Assembly: GCF_000017845.1 (NCBI RefSeq)
Contig: NC_010546.1
Coordinates: 1,320,001-1,352,000 of the forward strand
Length of the DNA: 32,000 bases
DNA from: Crocosphaera subtropica ATCC 51142
GTDB taxonomy: Bacteria > Cyanobacteriota > Cyanobacteriia > Cyanobacteriales > Microcystaceae
Reading direction: 5' to 3'
The position numbers and the translations under genes are program-made. Under the pieces are notes generated by a model. It did not search any database. It saw nothing but the letters and a program-made list of their open reading frames with translations, and was not told where the DNA came from. The first letter of the stretch is position 1. Each line of letters begins with the position of its first letter. Shown piece after piece: positions 28,267 through 32,000 of this stretch.

Positions 28267-31200
28267 CTATGGTTCATCAATGATGGCCTCTCGATCTAAT
28301 AATAATAGGTTTCGTAATTGATCCGTATCTAATTCTGTTAACCATTGTTCTCCAGAATCAACGGTTTGTTCGGCTAATTTTTGTTTACTTTCTAACATTT
28401 CATTAATTCTTTCTTCTAAGGTTCCGGTACAGACAAATTTATGGACTTGAACATTCCTTTTTTGACCTAAACGAAACGCGCGATCGGTGGCTTGATTTTC
28501 TACGGCAGGATTCCACCAACGATCAATATGAAAAACGTGGTTAGCGCGGGTTAAATTGAGTCCGGTTCCTCCTGCTTTTAAGGATAGAATAAAAATTCTC
28601 GGCCCGTTGGGATCGTGTTGAAAGCGATCAATCATTTCTTGTCTTTGGATTCTACGGGTTGCACCGTATAAAAAGAGAACTTCTTGAGCAAATTTTTTTT
28701 CTAAATAGGGCTTTAAGAGTTTTCCCCATTCAGAAAATTGAGTAAAGATTAAAGCATGATCGCCTTCTTGTATTAATTCTTCTAACATTTCTTCTAGTCT
28801 TAATAATTTACCAGATTGTTCGGCTTTTTTTAGGTTCTTTTTCTTGAGAAAATGATCGGGATGGTTACAAATTTGTTTGAGTTTCAGCAGTAAACTTAAA
28901 ATTAAGCCTTTTCGTTGAATTCCTGTTTTTTCTTCGATTTCCATGAGGGAATTATCGACTAATTCTTGATAAAGTTGTGCTTGTTCTGAGGATAAACCAC
29001 AAAAGACAGTCATTTCTTGTTTTTCGGGTAAATCTTGAATAATGGTTTTATCGGTTTTTAAGCGTCTTAAAATAAAAGGTTGTACTAAAGAACGCATAAT
29101 TTGTAATGATTGTTTATCGCCATATTTTTCAATGGGTGTAGCAAAGCGACGGCGGAAAAATTGTGGTGTTCCTAAAAATCCTGGGTTTAAAAAGTCGAGA
29201 ATTGACCATAATTCACTTAATCTATTTTCGACGGGAGTGCCTGTTAAAGCGATACGAAACTGTGTAGAAAGTTGACGCACTGCTTGGGATTGTTTGGCTT
29301 GAGGGTTTTTAATATTTTGTGCCTCATCTAAGACAACACCTTGCCATTCTACTTGTTCAAAACTTTTTATGTCTCGATGGATTAAAGAATAGCTTGTAAT
29401 GATGACATTTTTTTCACTAACTGCTTTAATAAAGGCTTTTCCTTTACTTCGTTTATCTCCATGATGAATCAAAGTAGAGAGACTTGGGGCAAATTTCTTT
29501 ACCTCTCTTTCCCAGTTATTTAAAACCGATGTGGGACATACCACTAATGTCGGTTGTTCTAACATATCTTCGCTTTTTAAGTGCAGTAAAAAGCCAATTA
29601 ATTGCGGTGTTTTTCCGAGTCCCATATCATCCGCTAAACAAGCACCTAAACCCCACTTTTCGAGAAATGCTAACCAACCCACGCCTCGCTGTTGATAGGG
29701 ACGTAATTGACCTTTAAATCCTGGTGGATTTTCGATCATTGGAATAGATTCATTATTATTTATGGCATTAATTAAATTGGCTAAGTCTCCTGTAGCTTCA
29801 AAGTTAGTAATGGGTAGTTTAGCAATGGTTGAACTGTCCCCTGTACTGAATCTTAAAGCATCTTCAACCGATAATTCTAGAGGATCATAAGACTTGTTTA
29901 AAACTTCCTGTGCTGCTTTCACATCAGCAGGTTGTAAGGCTATCCATTCTCCTTTAACTTCGACTAAAGGGGATTTTTGAGCTAATAGTTTCTCAAATTC
30001 TTTCTTCGATATAGTTTTATCACCAATCGCTAAGTTGAATTTATAGTTTAACAGGCTTTTTAAGCTCAGTCTTTGTCCTTTTTTAGCTTTTACTTCTGCG
30101 CTTAAACTGATTCCTAAGCGTTTTTCTTCTACTCCTTTTTCTAAACTGGCTGGTAAGACAACCCCTAATCCGTTATCTTTAAGAAGATTGGCAGTTCCTC
30201 GAATAAATTCATACACTTGTATGGGATCTAATTCACAAAAACTAGGATAACTTTCTTGTAAGCTATCTTCGATGAGATAAGATAAACGTGAGGCCAATCC
30301 CAATCCTTTTAATAGGGTTTCTTGTGGGTAATCAATGGTTCTCTTATTCCAGACTAATTGAGTAACGGGATTATCCCAAATGGCTTGAGCAGAAATTAAA
30401 ATATTAGGATCATCTAATGCTTGCAAACAATAGTTTAAACGCCAGTTACTTTGTTCAGATTTTTTATTATTTATTGGTGGTGTTTCGAGTTGAAAACACA
30501 CTCTAAATTGATTAATTCCTAGTTGCTGATTATCAGAACTAATAATATATTCGTCTAAAGAAGATGTCCAATTACTTAGGGCGTTATTTAATCCCTTAAT
30601 TTCAAATTCCGATCCTTCAACTTGAGCAAAATCTTGTGTTAGGGATTGTAACCAGTTTTGAATAGAAGAATTAGAAGCAATAGAAACATCAACAAATTGC
30701 CGAACTTGTTGATCAATAATAGTAGAAAAAAAATCAAAAATAATATTTTGTTTAATCAAAGAATAAGAGATTTTATCATCCGTTAAATTATAATAAGCAA
30801 GACAACTATTAGGCATTGTTTGCATAAATTTTGAGAATTTTTGCTGATCTACTAAACTATCTAATAAAGGATACCAGCGTCCATAGGCTTCATTTTTTTC
30901 TTGTTCAATTCCTGGTAAATATTTTCCCCTAGTTAATAAGTCAAGACTCCAACGATAAATATGAGTCCAGAATTGCAAATCTTCTCCTATAGTGTTCTCA
31001 TTCTTATTCGTAAATCCTAATGGCAATTGTCTTAAAAATTGTATTGTATTTTCAATGTTTAAGGCTACTCCTTCAATTTGAAAAGGAATCAACGCTATAT
31101 CTTTTGAATCGAAAAAATCATCTTCTAATTGTGTTGATAATAAAGGAATTTTCTGTTTAGAGTTGGGAAGACATTGACTCGGTAAATAGAATATTTCTGA

Positions 31201-31407
31201 CATCCCTTGAATATCTTTTTTTCCTTGAATTGTAATATTATTATTGTCTAGTTGTTCAAAAATTTTATCTTTATCAACAGCAAAAGGATGTAGTAAAATA
31301 GAATATTGTAATTCAAAATTATCAGATAAAGATCGCCAATTTTCTCCCCAAATAAAAAATTTTTTTTCTTGTTTATTATCAATCCAAGTTCCGTGTAAAA
31401 CTGTCAT
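28267..31407 (-). CDS. SNF2/RAD54-family ATPase with a ~550-aa bacterial SNF2-associated N-terminal region
   Basis: Motif I LADDMGLGKT, motif II DEAQNIKN, motif III LTGTPVENRLSELWSILDF, and motifs V/VI SLKAGGTGLNLTRANHVFHIDRWWNPAVENQATDRAFRLGQ are present. The N-terminus MTVLHGTWI....FFIWGENW is typical of the cyanobacterial family. Confidence 0.85.
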   Translation of the reverse strand: MTVLHGTWIDNKQEKKFFIWGENWRSLSDNFELQYSILLHPFAVDKDKIFEQLDNNNITIQGKKDIQGMSEIFYLPSQCLPNSKQKIPLLSTQLEDDFFDSKDIALIPFQIEGVALNIENTIQFLRQLPLGFTNKNENTIGEDLQFWTHIYRWSLDLLTRGKYLPGIEQEKNEAYGRWYPLLDSLVDQQKFSKFMQTMPNSCLAYYNLTDDKISYSLIKQNIIFDFFSTIIDQQVRQFVDVSIASNSSIQNWLQSLTQDFAQVEGSEFEIKGLNNALSNWTSSLDEYIISSDNQQLGINQFRVCFQLETPPINNKKSEQSNWRLNYCLQALDDPNILISAQAIWDNPVTQLVWNKRTIDYPQETLLKGLGLASRLSYLIEDSLQESYPSFCELDPIQVYEFIRGTANLLKDNGLGVVLPASLEKGVEEKRLGISLSAEVKAKKGQRLSLKSLLNYKFNLAIGDKTISKKEFEKLLAQKSPLVEVKGEWIALQPADVKAAQEVLNKSYDPLELSVEDALRFSTGDSSTIAKLPITNFEATGDLANLINAINNNESIPMIENPPGFKGQLRPYQQRGVGWLAFLEKWGLGACLADDMGLGKTPQLIGFLLHLKSEDMLEQPTLVVCPTSVLNNWEREVKKFAPSLSTLIHHGDKRSKGKAFIKAVSEKNVIITSYSLIHRDIKSFEQVEWQGVVLDEAQNIKNPQAKQSQAVRQLSTQFRIALTGTPVENRLSELWSILDFLNPGFLGTPQFFRRRFATPIEKYGDKQSLQIMRSLVQPFILRRLKTDKTIIQDLPEKQEMTVFCGLSSEQAQLYQELVDNSLMEIEEKTGIQRKGLILSLLLKLKQICNHPDHFLKKKNLKKAEQSGKLLRLEEMLEELIQEGDHALIFTQFSEWGKLLKPYLEKKFAQEVLFLYGATRRIQRQEMIDRFQHDPNGPRIFILSLKAGGTGLNLTRANHVFHIDRWWNPAVENQATDRAFRLGQKRNVQVHKFVCTGTLEERINEMLESKQKLAEQTVDSGEQWLTELDTDQLRNLLLLDREAIIDEP

Positions 31408-31740
31408 ATTTTTCCTTTTTTAGTCTAATTATCTAATAACCGTTGCCGATTTCAGGTTACCTATTTGTACCTATCGTATCAAATTAACTGATTAATCATT
31501 ATTAACTATTAATAATTAAGCATTAATTATTAACTGTAGTCGAAATCACAATCATTCTCATAAAAAGCAGTTATCCTAAAAATCCACATGATCCACATAT
31601 AGGGTAATCAATGGAAAATTCTCACAGACATGACACCATATCTGTGGTATAACCAAAAAGTGTCCTTATCAAGTTGGCATAAATTTCGACGAAAATTAAG
31701 TACAAAATTATTAGTTTTCTGATTAGACTTAGTAGTATAA

Positions 31741-32000
31741 ATGATGCAACCCACTGTCATAACTTCCCCTCAGCAAACCCATCACAGCGACACTCATATC
31801 ACTCCTAATTACCATTCACAGCTAGGAGAAAGTAAAATTAGAGTGAGACGACGGGATGGGTCATGGACAGCATTAAATATCGGGAAGATACGGGCTGTTG
31901 TCAATTGGGCTTGTGCCGAAAAAGACGTTAATAGTATCGCTTTAGAAGCAGGTTTAACCACTCGTCTCCGTGACGGCATTACCACTAGAGAGATCCAGGA
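31741..32000 (+). CDS. nrdA: Ribonucleoside-diphosphate reductase alpha subunit, N-terminal ATP-cone (5' partial, runs off the window)
   Basis: The frame is open from ATG 31741 to the window end. IRVRRRDGSWTALNIGKIRAVVNWACAEKDVNSIALEAGLTTRLRDGITTREIQ parallels the E. coli NrdA N-terminus (V.KRDG..E.INLDKIHRVLDWAAEGL.NVS...). It is not in the ORF track because no stop is reached. Confidence 0.6.
   Translation, partial: MMQPTVITSPQQTHHSDTHITPNYHSQLGESKIRVRRRDGSWTALNIGKIRAVVNWACAEKDVNSIALEAGLTTRLRDGITTREIQ

Overview
This window is a cyanobacterial chromosome segment. The HIP1 palindrome GCGATCGC occurs more than 20 times by eye, and the gene content (psaD, a PSII S4-domain gene, a Ycf23-like gene, PEP-CTERM, Uma2) fits a unicellular Cyanothece/Crocosphaera-like genome, though the species cannot be named from sequence alone. 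Most of the window is core housekeeping: pheT (3' part), hflX, a ykgJ-like gene, a nagB-like gene, an MFS transporter, an rlmD-like methyltransferase, trpE, psaD, groES-groEL with a perfect CIRCE operator, the lysA-cdaA-uppS operon, a large SNF2 ATPase and the 5' end of nrdA. Three AT-rich patches with no HIP1 look accessory. (i) 2075-4425 holds a membrane ORF, an internally deleted IS630 element with intact inverted repeats and TA duplication, a stop-interrupted toxin-like C-terminal fragment with a small downstream ORF, and a Uma2 gene that has lost its catalytic core. (ii) 10698-11732 holds a sulfotransferase-fold gene abutting a core PSII-associated gene. (iii) 20300-22980 holds a stand-alone full-length F1-ATPase gamma-subunit paralog followed by a TnpA-less TnpB element. 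The TnpB has an intact RuvC triad but none of the zinc-ribbon cysteines, has heavily structured flanks, and carries a 12-15 nt motif three times (twice in the left end, once inside the CDS). The TnpB element and the orphan gamma gene are the best candidates for something not yet described. A smaller point is that hflX appears to need a non-canonical ATC/ATT start behind a perfect Shine-Dalgarno sequence. All homology calls come from motif recognition by eye, not database searches.
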